From Microcoleus sp. (GTDB lineage: Bacteria > Cyanobacteriota > Cyanobacteriia > Cyanobacteriales > Microcoleaceae), in assembly GCA_042408215.1 (NCBI GenBank), contig JAYFMW010000017.1:224001-288000 (forward strand): a stretch of 64,000 nucleotides of DNA, given 5' to 3'. Below are positions 20,133 to 31,307 of the stretch, in pieces. Below the pieces are notes generated by a model, which saw nothing but the letters and a program-made list of their open reading frames with translations, searched no databases and had not been told where the DNA came from. The position numbers were made by a program, and so were the translations under genes. Position 1 is the stretch's first letter. Every line of letters begins with the position of its first letter.

Positions 20133-20154
20133 TCAAATTTTCATCAAATTTTTA
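20133..20154 (+). promoter_or_regulatory. 11-bp-period direct repeat, candidate binding site for the OmpR-family (NrsR-like) regulator
   Basis: tcaaattttca tcaaattttta, ~120 bp upstream of the efflux operon. Confidence 0.55.
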
Positions 20155-20273
20155 TTTGGGCCTGACATTCTAGCTGGAGAAGATTCACAACTCTGAAGTA
20201 AAGAATAGATGACCATTCAGAGGAGTGGCTATTTTCATCACACCCGTTTGCTAAATGTGAGGAGGAAATTTTT

Positions 20274-20897
20274 ATGCTATCGAAATCTTTAAATTCAAGT
20301 TCATTATCGATCGTCCGTTACGGGTCTAGTTTTGTTTTGGGATTACTGTTGTGCACGGCTTCGGCTCCGGTGCTGGCGCACGTTGGGCATAACAGCGAGT
20401 TTGCAGGTGGGGATGCTGCCAAGATTATGCAGCCGATCGAAGTTGATGCCAGTAAAGCAACCGCATTGGGAATTAAGACAGAGGCAGTTGCTCCCATTCC
20501 CGATGGAGGTATTCTCAAAGTTAAGAGCACCAGCTTGGTTGATGCCAATGGGCAAAAGCTCGTCTACATCCAGGAAGGAACAACCTACAAACCAATCTCA
20601 GTTCAGATTGGTAGCGACTCTGGAGATGTGGTGGAAATTAAAGAGGGCAATCTAGCTTCGGGAAATCAAATTGTGACGCAGGGCGCAACACTGTTGTACT
20701 CCGAGGCATTGCGAGGTAAACCGCAAGCAGCAGCGCCAGCATCGCCCGCTACATCGGCAGCGCCAGCATCGCCCGCTACATCGCAAGCAGAAGCGCAGCC
20801 TGCTCAAGGATCGTCACCTTTGATGTGGGTAGCAGGCGCAGGAGTTTTACTGGTGGGTGGATTCGCCGTCTTTGGGTTAAAAGGCAAGGACCAGTAG
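20274..20897 (+). CDS. Short periplasmic adaptor of a heavy-metal RND system (NrsB-like)
   Basis: Signal peptide then AHVGH; MFP C-terminal barrel (VEIKEG...IVTQGA); C-terminal TM segment. Confidence 0.7.
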   Translation: MLSKSLNSSSLSIVRYGSSFVLGLLLCTASAPVLAHVGHNSEFAGGDAAKIMQPIEVDASKATALGIKTEAVAPIPDGGILKVKSTSLVDANGQKLVYIQEGTTYKPISVQIGSDSGDVVEIKEGNLASGNQIVTQGATLLYSEALRGKPQAAAPASPATSAAPASPATSQAEAQPAQGSSPLMWVAGAGVLLVGGFAVFGLKGKDQ

Positions 20898-20990
20898 ACA
20901 TTCAAAAACCAAGATTTTTGGTAACTGTCGATCGCGACTGAATAGACCTTAATACCCAATACGCTTGGGTTAACACTGTTAATTTCCCGG

Positions 20991-21075
20991 AGATCCCCCT
21001 CGCATCCCCCTGATAGTCGGGGGACGAAAAAGCAACTTCTTGTCCCCCCCTTGGGAAGGGGGGCTAGGGGGGATC
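20991..21075. repeat. Cyanobacterial REP/MITE (G/C-run palindrome)
   Basis: gatccccc...tccccccttgggaagggggg...ggggggatc. Confidence 0.65.
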
Positions 21076-21199
21076 TGTCTTATCTGAACCGTATTACCTT
21101 CATACTCATACCATTTTTCTAAAATCGTGCAACACTCGAAGACCCTCCCTAGGCTGTATTGCGGGGGGACAAGAATACTGTTATTTCGTTTCAAATTGG

Positions 21200-21295
21200 T
21201 ATCACATCTTGCACCATTGTCAGCAACAGGCTGTCCGGCCTGTTCCACAAAGAGTGGATTTCTTGTGGAACAGGCAGGATGCCTGTTCTTGAAAG
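21200..21295. repeat. REP/MITE-like element
   Basis: aacaggctgtccggcctgttccacaa...ttgtggaacaggcaggatgcctgttc nested inverted repeats. Confidence 0.65.
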
Positions 21296-21349
21296 TCTTT
21301 TTAGAACCAACTTCCAAACCTTGCCTGACGCTATCCCAATTGCATTTTT

Positions 21350-24300
21350 ATGTTGAATGTCATCCCCAAATGGTCTATTGCTCAACGATGGTTAGTGGTG
21401 TTCGGGGCGATCGCCCTCACCATCTGGAGCCTGCATACTGTAAGTAGAATGCCCCTCGACGTATTGCCCAACTTTGCGCCCCCTCAAGTAGAAGTACAAA
21501 CCGAAGCCCCCGGTCTTGCGCCGGAAGCGGTGGAATCCTTGGTAACATTACCCCTAGAAAGTGCGGTCAACGGCACACCAGGAGTTGAAGTCGTCCGTAC
21601 CTCCTCCGCCGTAGGAATTTCGGTATTGCGGGTAGTGTTTAAGTGGGGAACCGACCCCTATCAAGCCCGTCAACTCGTGGCAGAGCGCTTGCAGGACGCG
21701 CAAGATAGACTTCCAGAAGGCATAGGTACACCGCAGATATCGCCCTTAGCTCCCCCCATCGGGACAGTGATTCAATATGCCTTCACGTCAGACACTACAT
21801 CCATCATGGAAGTGCGACGTTTGGTCGATGGCAAAATCAACAATCGCTTGTTGGCAGTTCCAGGCGTATCGCAAGTGCTGGTTTACGGCGGAGATTTGCA
21901 GCAGTTTCAGGTGATTGCGAATCCTGAAAAACTCCAAGCGTTGAAGGTTTCCCTTCAGGAAGTGGTCAAGGCGGCAAACGAGGCAAATGCCAAAACCGCC
22001 GGTGGATTGTTGATTGACCCCGATCGCGAATTGGTGATTCGGGGACAGGGACAAATCGAGACGATCGCAGATTTGCAAAAAGCAGTCGTCAAGGTGCAGG
22101 AGGGAAAAACCATTCTACTGCGGGATGTGGCAGAGGTGAAGATTGGGGCGGCACGACCGCGAGGCGATGCCAGTTGGAATACAAAACGGGCTGTAGTGCT
22201 GATGGTGAACAAACAACCGTTGGTAGATAGTCCCACCGTCACCTCTGCCATCATCGAGGCGATGGAGGAAATTAAACCAGGTTTACCCCAAGATGTGAAG
22301 GCGAGTGTCACTTTCCGGCAAGATGCCTACATTGATGCCTCAGTTGGTAATGTGCGATCGGCATTGATCGAAGGCAGCATTATCGTCGCAGCCATCCTGA
22401 TTCCGTTCCTGATGAACTGGCGCACCCTCTCCGTCTGTTTGTTCGATTTCTTTCTGACGCTACTTTTCTCACTTTTGGTATGTTCCTGGATCGGGCTGGA
22501 ACTCAACACCATGACCCTCGGTGGATTGGTAGTGGCGATCGGGACCGCAGTGGATGATGCGATCGTCTACTGCGAAAATACCTACCGCCGCTTGCGGGAA
22601 AATCGCCTCTCACCCAATCCCAAACCAGCAATGGAGGTGATTTTTGAGGGTTCTCAGGAAGTGCGCGAGTCGCTGATTGGGGCGACGTTAATTGGGATTA
22701 TTGTCTTTTCGCCGATTTTCACACTTTCTGGTGTGGAAGGGCGCATCTTCACCCCAATGGGCATTGCCTATCTGGTAGTGGTAGTCATCTCCAGCCTGGA
22801 ATCCCTAGTGATTTCCCCTGCACTGTGTGCCATTCTGTTGCCCCACAGCCGGATGCAGACGACAGAACCTTTCCTAGCACTGTTTTCCAAGCGAGTTTAC
22901 CATCCGTTGCTACAGTTGGCGATGCGTCGCTCTAGCTTGATTTTGGGATTGGCTACAGCGTCAATGGTGGCGGCGATGCTGATTGTGCCGACATTAGGAC
23001 GGGATTTTCTGCCAACGTTCCAGGAACGATCGCTGATGAATGCGATCGCCCTTTATCCGGGTTCCTCACTCGAAGCAACCAATCGCGTTGGCTTAGCGAT
23101 TCAAAATGCCCTTAAGGATGACCCCCGATTTGAATCAGTACAACTGCGATCGGGCCGTGCTCCGGGCGACCCAGATGCGGCATCGGTGAACTTGGCACAC
23201 TTGGACGTGGAACTGAGTGAAGCAGCGATGAAAAACCGTCCTGCGACGATTCAAGCTTTGCGCGAAGTATTGGGTCAGTTTCCGGGAGTTGCCGGCAATG
23301 TCGGTGGATTTATCAGTCACAGGATGGATGAAGTGTTGTCGGGTGTCAGAAGTGCGATCGCCATTAAAGTATTTGGTAACGACTTACAAGAACTACGCCG
23401 CATTGGAGAACAAATTGAAACGACAATGAAAGACGTGAAGGGATTAGTAGACCTTCAGCTTGAGCCCCAAATTCCGATCCGTCAAGTACAAATTCAATTT
23501 AACCGAGATGCAGCAGCCCGCTACGGATTGACGATCGCCCAATTATCAGATTTCACCGAAACAGCCCTAAATGGTCGCGTGGTTGGTCAAGTAGCGGATG
23601 GTCAACAGTTAGTGGATGTACTGGTTTGGGTCAATGAATCTGCCCGCCGCAATCTCAACACGATTCGCAACCTCCAAGTTAATACCCCAACAGGTCAAAT
23701 AATCCCGCTTTCGGAAGTGGCAAAGGTTGACTTTGGCAATGGCCCGAACACGATTAACCGGGAAAATGTCTCACGTTTAATTGTGGTATCAGCCAACGTA
23801 CAGGGACGCGATGTTGCTTCGGTTGTCGGTGACATTCGCGCCAAGGTCAAGCAATCGGTGCAACTGCCCCAGGGCTACTATATTCAGTACGGCGGACAGT
23901 ATGAGTCGGAACAACGGGCGGCTCAAAACTTCCTAATTTTCGGAATATTAGCAGTGCTGGCGATCGGAGTATTGATGTACTTCACCGTAAAATCCGTTCC
24001 TGCGATGCTGATGGTGATGGTCAATTTACCATTAGCACTGGTTGGGGGTGTAATCTCAGTGCTGTTAACGGGCGGCGTTCTCTCTGTTCCGTCAATGGTC
24101 GGCTTTGTCACGCTGTTTGGTGTGGCGACGCGCAATGGATTGTTACTCGTAGACAACTACAACACCAAACTTGCAGAAGGAATGCCACTTTCGGAAGTAA
24201 TTGTGGAAGGTTCAATGGAACGGTTGCTGGCGATTTTGATGACTGCACTTACCTCGGCCTTGGGGATGATTCCTTTGGTGTTAAGCGGTGGGGCTGGTAA

Positions 24301-24487
24301 GGAATTGTTGCAGCCTTTAGCGATCGTTGTCCTCGGCGGACTCTTTACCTCAACTGCTCTCACTCTGCTAGTTCTACCTGCATTGTACGCTCGATTTGGC
24401 AAGTTTCTGATGCCGAAACGGATGATGGAAACAACCGAGTTGAGAAACTATAGTATTGAGCAGACACCAACCAAAGAAGTAGGCTAA
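21350..24487 (+). CDS. CusA/CzcA-family heavy-metal efflux RND transporter (NrsA-like)
   Basis: 1045 aa; GLVVAIGTAVDDAIV and ERLLAILMTALT motifs. Confidence 0.93.
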   Translation: MLNVIPKWSIAQRWLVVFGAIALTIWSLHTVSRMPLDVLPNFAPPQVEVQTEAPGLAPEAVESLVTLPLESAVNGTPGVEVVRTSSAVGISVLRVVFKWGTDPYQARQLVAERLQDAQDRLPEGIGTPQISPLAPPIGTVIQYAFTSDTTSIMEVRRLVDGKINNRLLAVPGVSQVLVYGGDLQQFQVIANPEKLQALKVSLQEVVKAANEANAKTAGGLLIDPDRELVIRGQGQIETIADLQKAVVKVQEGKTILLRDVAEVKIGAARPRGDASWNTKRAVVLMVNKQPLVDSPTVTSAIIEAMEEIKPGLPQDVKASVTFRQDAYIDASVGNVRSALIEGSIIVAAILIPFLMNWRTLSVCLFDFFLTLLFSLLVCSWIGLELNTMTLGGLVVAIGTAVDDAIVYCENTYRRLRENRLSPNPKPAMEVIFEGSQEVRESLIGATLIGIIVFSPIFTLSGVEGRIFTPMGIAYLVVVVISSLESLVISPALCAILLPHSRMQTTEPFLALFSKRVYHPLLQLAMRRSSLILGLATASMVAAMLIVPTLGRDFLPTFQERSLMNAIALYPGSSLEATNRVGLAIQNALKDDPRFESVQLRSGRAPGDPDAASVNLAHLDVELSEAAMKNRPATIQALREVLGQFPGVAGNVGGFISHRMDEVLSGVRSAIAIKVFGNDLQELRRIGEQIETTMKDVKGLVDLQLEPQIPIRQVQIQFNRDAAARYGLTIAQLSDFTETALNGRVVGQVADGQQLVDVLVWVNESARRNLNTIRNLQVNTPTGQIIPLSEVAKVDFGNGPNTINRENVSRLIVVSANVQGRDVASVVGDIRAKVKQSVQLPQGYYIQYGGQYESEQRAAQNFLIFGILAVLAIGVLMYFTVKSVPAMLMVMVNLPLALVGGVISVLLTGGVLSVPSMVGFVTLFGVATRNGLLLVDNYNTKLAEGMPLSEVIVEGSMERLLAILMTALTSALGMIPLVLSGGAGKELLQPLAIVVLGGLFTSTALTLLVLPALYARFGKFLMPKRMMETTELRNYSIEQTPTKEVG

Positions 24488-24667
24488 TAACAGTTAACAG
24501 TTAACTGTTTAAACAATACCGATGCAGCCGGAAAAGATATGATATCAAATCCGGTAACATCGTCCTGTATTGTATCCCTCTATTCTCTCTCTGTGTCCTC
24601 TGCGCCCTCTGTGGTTAAATCATTCCGAATTATTTAGTAAAAAAGTATCGGACGAGATAGCAATAAA

Positions 24668-25381
24668 ATGAGAATTCTGCTGGCGGAAGATGAACCCGAT
24701 TTGGGTGCGATCGTCCAACGCACCTTGAGCCGCGAAAAGTACCTGGTGGATTGGGTACAGGATGGCACAACTGCTTGGAATTATCTGGAAGATCGATGGA
24801 CAGAGTATACGATCGCCATTTTTGACTGGTTGTTACCGGGAACCTCTGGTGTCGAATTGTGCCAACGTTTGCGCCGGCAGAATAATCCTTTACCCGTTTT
24901 GATGCTGACAGCAAAAGATCGCACGGAGGATATGGTGGCTGGGCTGGATGCTGGGGCTGATGACTATCTGATGAAACCGTTCGTTAAAGCTGAGTTGTTA
25001 GCCCGGTTGCGGGCACTTCAGCGACGGGGACGGAGTTTGTCTCCAGAACAGTCGCCCTATTTCAATCCTGCCCAACTAGAGGTGGGGCGATTGCTGCTTG
25101 ACTATACTAAATCTATCATCTGCACTACGGATGACGAAGGACAGCTAACGGTGATTCCTCTGACGGCTAATGAGTTTCGGTTACTGGAATATTTCATGCA
25201 GCATCCGAACCAAATCCTAACGCGCGATCGACTTTTGACTCGTTTGTGGGATGTGGATGCTGACCCGATGAGCAATGTAGTTGCTGCTAGAATTCGTCTG
25301 TTGCGCCGCAAGCTGGCTGATTATGGCTGTGACGGGATGATTGAAACGGTTCATGGATTCGGGTATCGCTTGAGCAAGTAA
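24668..25381 (+). CDS. OmpR-family response regulator (NrsR/RppA-like)
   Basis: REC domain (FDWLLPG, LTAKD, GADDYLMKPF) plus winged helix (SNVVAARIRLLRRKL). Confidence 0.9.
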   Translation: MRILLAEDEPDLGAIVQRTLSREKYLVDWVQDGTTAWNYLEDRWTEYTIAIFDWLLPGTSGVELCQRLRRQNNPLPVLMLTAKDRTEDMVAGLDAGADDYLMKPFVKAELLARLRALQRRGRSLSPEQSPYFNPAQLEVGRLLLDYTKSIICTTDDEGQLTVIPLTANEFRLLEYFMQHPNQILTRDRLLTRLWDVDADPMSNVVAARIRLLRRKLADYGCDGMIETVHGFGYRLSK

Positions 25382-25382
25382 T

Positions 25383-26714
25383 ATGCACTCCAACAAGCTA
25401 TTTAACCGCACGCGCTGGCAACTTGCGGGTTGGTATGCGATCGTCCTGGGGTTGTTGTTAGGTATATGCGGTGTTGCAGTCTATCAGGTTGTGTTTCACA
25501 CGCAGCGGTACATCCTCCAGGAAAAACTACAGTCCTTAGCCGGAACGCTGCATGACACTATCGAACCACAATTACAACAACCGGGACAGCTTTCATCCAG
25601 CTTGAAAACTATTTTGCCCGGTTTATGTCTGTGGAATGAAAACTGTTACTCTTCAGGCCATGAGGGGGCGCGACATACTGCTAGGGTGTTTCAGCAGGAG
25701 GGATATTATCTCCGCTTTTTAGACCAATCTGGGGAAATATTAGGGAAGGTTGGAGAGCAGCCGGATGTATTAGAAAACTTTGCACCAAATGAGTTTTGGC
25801 AAATTCTGCATCTTTCTAATGGCGATCGCTTCTATCAAATTTCTGTATTGCTGCGAACAAACGACGGTTTGTTTTGGGGTTATTTGCAAATTGGGCGATC
25901 GCTCAAAGAATGGGATGCTTATCTGAACACTTTGCGATTGTTTCTGTTTTTAGGCTTACCCTTTGCAATGCTGTTAGTAGGAGGAAGTAGTTGGTGGTTA
26001 GCGGGAGTAGCAATGCGACCAATTTATCAGTCCTATCGCCAGATGCAACAATTCACTTCGGATGCTGCTCATGAATTGCGAACGCCTCTGGCTGTCATTC
26101 AGACTACTGTTGAGGATACTCGTCTGGCTGAAGATTTACCGGAGGTTAGTCAAAACCTGGATATTATCGAACGACAAAACATCCGCCTCTCCAGGCTAGT
26201 CAAAGATTTATTGTTTATTTGTCGAATTGAGCAACAACAGATTCAGACTCAATTGCAGCATTGCTGTTTCAACTATCTGATCTGCGATTTGGTTGAAGAA
26301 CTTGCAGGTTTAGCAATGATAGCTGAGGTGGAATTGAAGTTAGAAATTCGTGCTTCGCAAGCCGTTGTAATTCTTGGGGATGAAGCCCAACTTTACCGGA
26401 TGGTGACGAATTTAATTACCAATGCGATTAACTACACTCCCGCAGGAGGGATAATCCTTGCCATCCTCGATTGCACCGACAAGGAAGCGGTGATTCAAGT
26501 TCAGGATACGGGTGTTGGTATCGCCCCAGCCGAACAAACGCGAATTTTCGATCGTTTCTACCGAGTGCAGAGCGATCGCTCTAGAGCCACAGGAGGTGCT
26601 GGATTAGGGCTATCGATTGCAAGTGCGATCGCAGTGGCTCATCAAGGCAGCATTCAAGTCCAGAGTGAGTTAGGAAAAGGCAGTACATTTACAATCCGTC
26701 TACCACTCAAATGA
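25383..26714 (+). CDS. Sensor histidine kinase (NrsS/RppB-like)
   Basis: Two TM segments; DAAHELRTPL H-box; N, G1, F and G2 boxes. Confidence 0.9.
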   Translation: MHSNKLFNRTRWQLAGWYAIVLGLLLGICGVAVYQVVFHTQRYILQEKLQSLAGTLHDTIEPQLQQPGQLSSSLKTILPGLCLWNENCYSSGHEGARHTARVFQQEGYYLRFLDQSGEILGKVGEQPDVLENFAPNEFWQILHLSNGDRFYQISVLLRTNDGLFWGYLQIGRSLKEWDAYLNTLRLFLFLGLPFAMLLVGGSSWWLAGVAMRPIYQSYRQMQQFTSDAAHELRTPLAVIQTTVEDTRLAEDLPEVSQNLDIIERQNIRLSRLVKDLLFICRIEQQQIQTQLQHCCFNYLICDLVEELAGLAMIAEVELKLEIRASQAVVILGDEAQLYRMVTNLITNAINYTPAGGIILAILDCTDKEAVIQVQDTGVGIAPAEQTRIFDRFYRVQSDRSRATGGAGLGLSIASAIAVAHQGSIQVQSELGKGSTFTIRLPLK

Positions 26715-27022
26715 GAACAATATTACTGCGATCGCGTCCTATTACCATTGCAAGGGGAACCGCAGAATATCAATCTGTGGGTTAATGCGATCGTAAGTGC
26801 GATCGACCAGAATCAAATTAACGGAGCATTGGTTATGCTGGAAAATAACAGCCAGGAAAAGCAAGGATAAAATTGGGGACAAGCAAGAGCAACGAATGGC
26901 TGAAGCTGTTAATTCTCTGGTTCGTCAGAGAAAATTTACAAGGGTAGCGACATCAGCCCGTTCTTTGATTCGAGATACTGGTATACTACGATCGCCAGTT
27001 AATTATCTAAGAATTTGTAGTC

Positions 27023-28456
27023 ATGGTAAATATGTCAAGCATCTCCAACATGACCTCTGAAGTGGAAAGTGACGCTCTGGGAGAGATCGATCACCTTGAC
27101 AAGCAATTACACGATCGCTTTCAAGACAAGTTTGTAGTCCAGCCCTCGCTTACCCGACTTTTGGTCAGTTTTCAGGCTAACAAAACTAGACCCATTTATC
27201 GGTGGTACAAATACAAGGAAGCTTTCTCCGCTTCTCTGGTCTAGTTTTTATTCCAAAAATATCAAGTCATTCAAGGCAAGATTTTAGATCCTTTTACAGG
27301 TAGTGGAACTGCTTTATTTGCTGCTAGTGACTTGGGAATTGATGTTGATGGTATTGAATTGTTACCTATTGGTCAACATATAATTAATACCAAAATCCTT
27401 TTAGACACTGCATTCACTCTAGATGATTTTGAGCGGCTAAAGACATGGTTTAATTTGCAAATATGGAAACAATTTCAAAACCCAGTCACTCTGCCAGAAT
27501 TGAGAATTACTAAAGGGGCTTACTCCGAAGAAACTAAAATAGAAATCGATCAATATCTTGGAGCTTATTATCAAGAAAATACCAAGGTTCAATCAGTTTT
27601 AATCTTTACTTTACTGTGTGTTTTAGAATCCGTAAGCTATACACGCAAAGATGGACAGTATCTGCGTTGGGATTACCGTTATGGTCATGGGCTGTCAAAA
27701 AAGTCCTTCAATAAAGGTGAGGTTCTTGAGTTCAGTAAAGCTATTACCCAAAAATTTAATGAACTTGTTAACGACTTAGAACCTCCTACACAACAACTTG
27801 AGCTTTTTCAAACTCAGAATAATCAAGGCAAAATTAATTTGCATCAAGGTTCTTGTCTGAAGATAATGCCCGATTTGCCGGACTCTACCTACGATGCAAT
27901 CATCACATCTCCACCCTACTGTAATCGATATGACTATACTCGCACCTATGCACTAGAGCTAGCTTTACTAGGAATTTCTGAAAAGGAATTAATTAATCTG
28001 CGTCAGGAAATGCTAAGTTGTACGGTTGAGAATCAACCCAAAAATTTGTTGGCTATCAATCAGGCTTGGGAAGTAGCTTTAAGTATTGCTAATTCTCAAA
28101 CTCTATTGCAGGCTATCTTAAGATATTTGGACAGCCAAAAGTCACAGGGTGTATTGAACAACAATGGTATACCAAGAATGGTAAGAGGATACTTCTATGA
28201 AATGGCTTGCGTAATACAAGAAAGCTTTAGTATCCTTAAACCAGGGGCATTTTTGTTTATGGTTAATGACAATGTGCGCTACGCAGGTATAAGCATTTCA
28301 GTGGACATGATTCTTTCTGATTTTGCTGAAAAACTAGGCTTTGTTACTGAAAATATTCTCGTCTTACCAGGTGATAAGGGGAATAGTAGTCAACAGATGG
28401 GAAATTATGGACGCGCTCCTTTGAGGAAGTGCGTTTATATATGGAAGAAGCAATAA
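27023..28456 (+). pseudogene. Amino-type DNA methyltransferase (M.AvaI-like) interrupted by an in-frame TAG at 27242-27244
   Basis: ORFs 27023-27244 and 27332-28456 are in the same frame; read-through gives [10 protein letters not shown] (motif I); TSPPY catalytic motif lies downstream. Confidence 0.85.
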
Positions 28457-28466
28457 CTCGAAACCT

Positions 28467-29435
28467 ATGTGCGCTTATCGTAACCATCTTAAATCCAGTG
28501 ATGATATTGTAACAACCTATGAAGCCACTCGTGCGGGTTTTGTTGCACTTGCGATTGAAAAAAATCGACGTGCTACACCTTACGTCGCCGAAGCAAGGGC
28601 ACTTCAAGAAGCTGCTCGTCAAGCCGAGATTCCTACTGATTTGTTAAACGTTAAAGGTATTGAAATGGGATTGTTGACTGCGGCAGGATTGTCAGACAAA
28701 TCTCTTGCTCATTTGATGCCAAAGGATAAGATTGAAGCGATAAATGGTCTAATCAGGAATTTTCTTGAGCCAGCAGGGACAAATTTTGTGGAGGAATTGG
28801 TCTTTAGATTTCTACTGACTCGTGGTGATAGGCTTGGTGCTTCAATGCGTAATGTGGGCGGAGCATTAGCACAAAGAAAACTAACTCGTGCAATCCTCTC
28901 GACTCTCACAATTGCTGGTAAGAGATATTACTGGCAACACTCAAAGACGAAAAAGTGGATAGCCATGACAAATGATGACACAGAAATTGAGTTGTCTTTA
29001 CGTGGAATAAGTTGGGAGAGCGAGCTTGGTAATCGCACACTGATTTACAACCTAACTGTTCCGCTAGTCAAAAGTAATGTGGATTTGTGTTTATTTAATC
29101 TTGCTCCGACGGAGTTGGTAACTAATAAATCCAGCGCAATTGACCCATCTATCGTGGCACCCTATGTTATTGCATTGGGTGAACTTAAAGGTGGAATCGA
29201 TCCCGCAGGTGCAGATGAGCATTGGAAAACGGCACAAGCGGCACTAAATCGCATACGCGAAGCATTTTCCAGAGTTGGACATTCACCTCTGACTTTCTTT
29301 GTGGGTTCAGCAGTTGCAAGCAGGATGGCGGGTGAAATCTGGCATCAACTGGAAAACGGGACTCTCAGTAATGCTGCAAATCTGAATAAGGAGAATCAAG
29401 TTGCATCTATTTGTCGTTGGCTATGCAATCTATAA
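28467..29435 (+). CDS. Type II restriction endonuclease, AvaI/BsoBI family
   Basis: [15 protein letters not shown] and [18 protein letters not shown] motifs. Confidence 0.88.
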   Translation: MCAYRNHLKSSDDIVTTYEATRAGFVALAIEKNRRATPYVAEARALQEAARQAEIPTDLLNVKGIEMGLLTAAGLSDKSLAHLMPKDKIEAINGLIRNFLEPAGTNFVEELVFRFLLTRGDRLGASMRNVGGALAQRKLTRAILSTLTIAGKRYYWQHSKTKKWIAMTNDDTEIELSLRGISWESELGNRTLIYNLTVPLVKSNVDLCLFNLAPTELVTNKSSAIDPSIVAPYVIALGELKGGIDPAGADEHWKTAQAALNRIREAFSRVGHSPLTFFVGSAVASRMAGEIWHQLENGTLSNAANLNKENQVASICRWLCNL

Positions 29436-29614
29436 AAGCAACAACCGTTTTGACTCCGTGTCGGTTTTGCCATCCTTCCTCGCCCCCCTCTAGTGCCACA
29501 GCCATCTTCCCTGTGCCCAAAAGCCCTGATTTAACCAGCTTTTCCCCATCCAGCCAAACTTCTCGCTAAATTAAAGAAGTGTAAAAATTACTCAGGCCCT
29601 ACCAAGGAGATACC

Positions 29615-31255
29615 ATGTCCCGCGTCAGAGCACCAGAATTCCCAGCCAACTACCCCTGGTTAAACACCGACAAACCCCTATCCATCGCATCCCTCAAAGG
29701 CCGCGTTGTTCTCCTTGACTTTTGGACATACTGCTGCATCAACTGCTTGCACGTCCTCCCAGATTTAAAATACCTAGAACAAAAATACCCAGATTCCCTC
29801 ACGGTTATCGGCGTTCACTCGGCAAAATTTGATAACGAAAAAGAAGTTGAAAACATCCGCCAAGCTATCCTTCGCTACGATATCGAGCATCCGGTAATCG
29901 TAGACAGTGACATGACAATTTGGCAAAGTTATGCTGTTCGCGCTTGGCCGACTTTAATGGTGATTGATCCAGAAAGTTATGTCATCGGTTACGTTTCCGG
30001 CGAAGGCAATAGAGATGCACTTGATGAGTTAGTTGGCAAGTTAATTGCTGAACACAAAGAACAAGGTGCTGTGAAGTTTGAATCACTCAGTTTTAGCTTA
30101 GAAAAAGAGCGGAAACCTCTATCAACACCGCTAGCTTTTCCTGGTAAAGTGCTGGCATTTGCGATTACTGCAACTGAGGCGAAACATCTTCACCAACAGG
30201 TCGCTCTTTTGGGTGAAATGACGGAAAATACCGAATCTGTAGACGAAATTGTATTGCCAGGGCCTGCTAATTCGGTGCAACAAAACTTAGTCGGTTCTTG
30301 CTTGTTTATTGCCGATTCAGGACACAACCGCATAGTTGTTAGCTCTACTGAAGGAGAAGTTCTGCACGTTATTGGTACGGGGAAACCGGGTTTAACTGAC
30401 GGTGATTTTGCAGAGGCTGAGTTTTTTGCACCTCAAGGCATGAGTTTTGATGTAGACAGTCAAATTCTCTATGTTGCTGATACTGAAAATCATGCTCTGA
30501 GAAAGATTGACTTTGTAACTCAAAGGGTAGAAACTATTGCTGGTAATGGTGAACAAAGTCACGAAATTGTCCATGACAGCGGCAAGGGTTTAGAAACGAA
30601 ATTAAATTCGCCTTGGGATTTAGAAAGAGTTGGAGATAGACTTTTTATCGCAATGGCGGGCTCGCACCAAATTTGGGAAATGCATTTAGATACTGGAATT
30701 ATTGGGGTTTATGCGGGTAATGGCCGAGAATCCTGTGTTGATGGGAATCTGGCAGAATCTGCTTTTTCTCAACCCAGTGGCCTCGCTACGGATCGATCGG
30801 AGTTGTTTGTTGCTGATAGCGAGATTAGTTCGATTCGGGCGATCGGCATTGATGAAAACCCACAAGTGCGAACTGTCTGCGGTAGCGGCGAATTGTTTGG
30901 TTTTGGCGATCGAGATGGTCGCGCTGAGGAGGTAAGGTTGCAGCACTGTTTGGGTGTAGAATATGCTCAAAATTACCTTTGGGTTGCTGATACTTATAAT
31001 CACAAAATTAAGCGGATCGACCACCGGGGCGGTATGTCGAGAACTATGATTGGAGATGGCACTGCGGGTCATCTTGATGGTAAAGGTATCAATGCTCGCT
31101 TTTTTGAACCTTCAGGATTGAGTGCGATCGGATCTCATTTGTTTATTGCTGATACGAACAATCATGTAATTCGGCGAGTTGAGTTAGATACGCTGACAGT
31201 CACAACTTTGGATTTCCCCGGTTTGTGTGCTCCTGATGTTTGTATTCCTGATTGA
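29615..31255 (+). CDS. Thioredoxin-like plus NHL-repeat protein (NHLRC2/SOQ1-like)
   Basis: DFWTYCCINC motif; multiple YVADTENH-type NHL repeats. Confidence 0.9.
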   Translation: MSRVRAPEFPANYPWLNTDKPLSIASLKGRVVLLDFWTYCCINCLHVLPDLKYLEQKYPDSLTVIGVHSAKFDNEKEVENIRQAILRYDIEHPVIVDSDMTIWQSYAVRAWPTLMVIDPESYVIGYVSGEGNRDALDELVGKLIAEHKEQGAVKFESLSFSLEKERKPLSTPLAFPGKVLAFAITATEAKHLHQQVALLGEMTENTESVDEIVLPGPANSVQQNLVGSCLFIADSGHNRIVVSSTEGEVLHVIGTGKPGLTDGDFAEAEFFAPQGMSFDVDSQILYVADTENHALRKIDFVTQRVETIAGNGEQSHEIVHDSGKGLETKLNSPWDLERVGDRLFIAMAGSHQIWEMHLDTGIIGVYAGNGRESCVDGNLAESAFSQPSGLATDRSELFVADSEISSIRAIGIDENPQVRTVCGSGELFGFGDRDGRAEEVRLQHCLGVEYAQNYLWVADTYNHKIKRIDHRGGMSRTMIGDGTAGHLDGKGINARFFEPSGLSAIGSHLFIADTNNHVIRRVELDTLTVTTLDFPGLCAPDVCIPD

Positions 31256-31307
31256 GGCGATCGACTTTTTTGCTATTTGTCCTGTTCTTCACGATCGTGG
31301 CGAAAAC

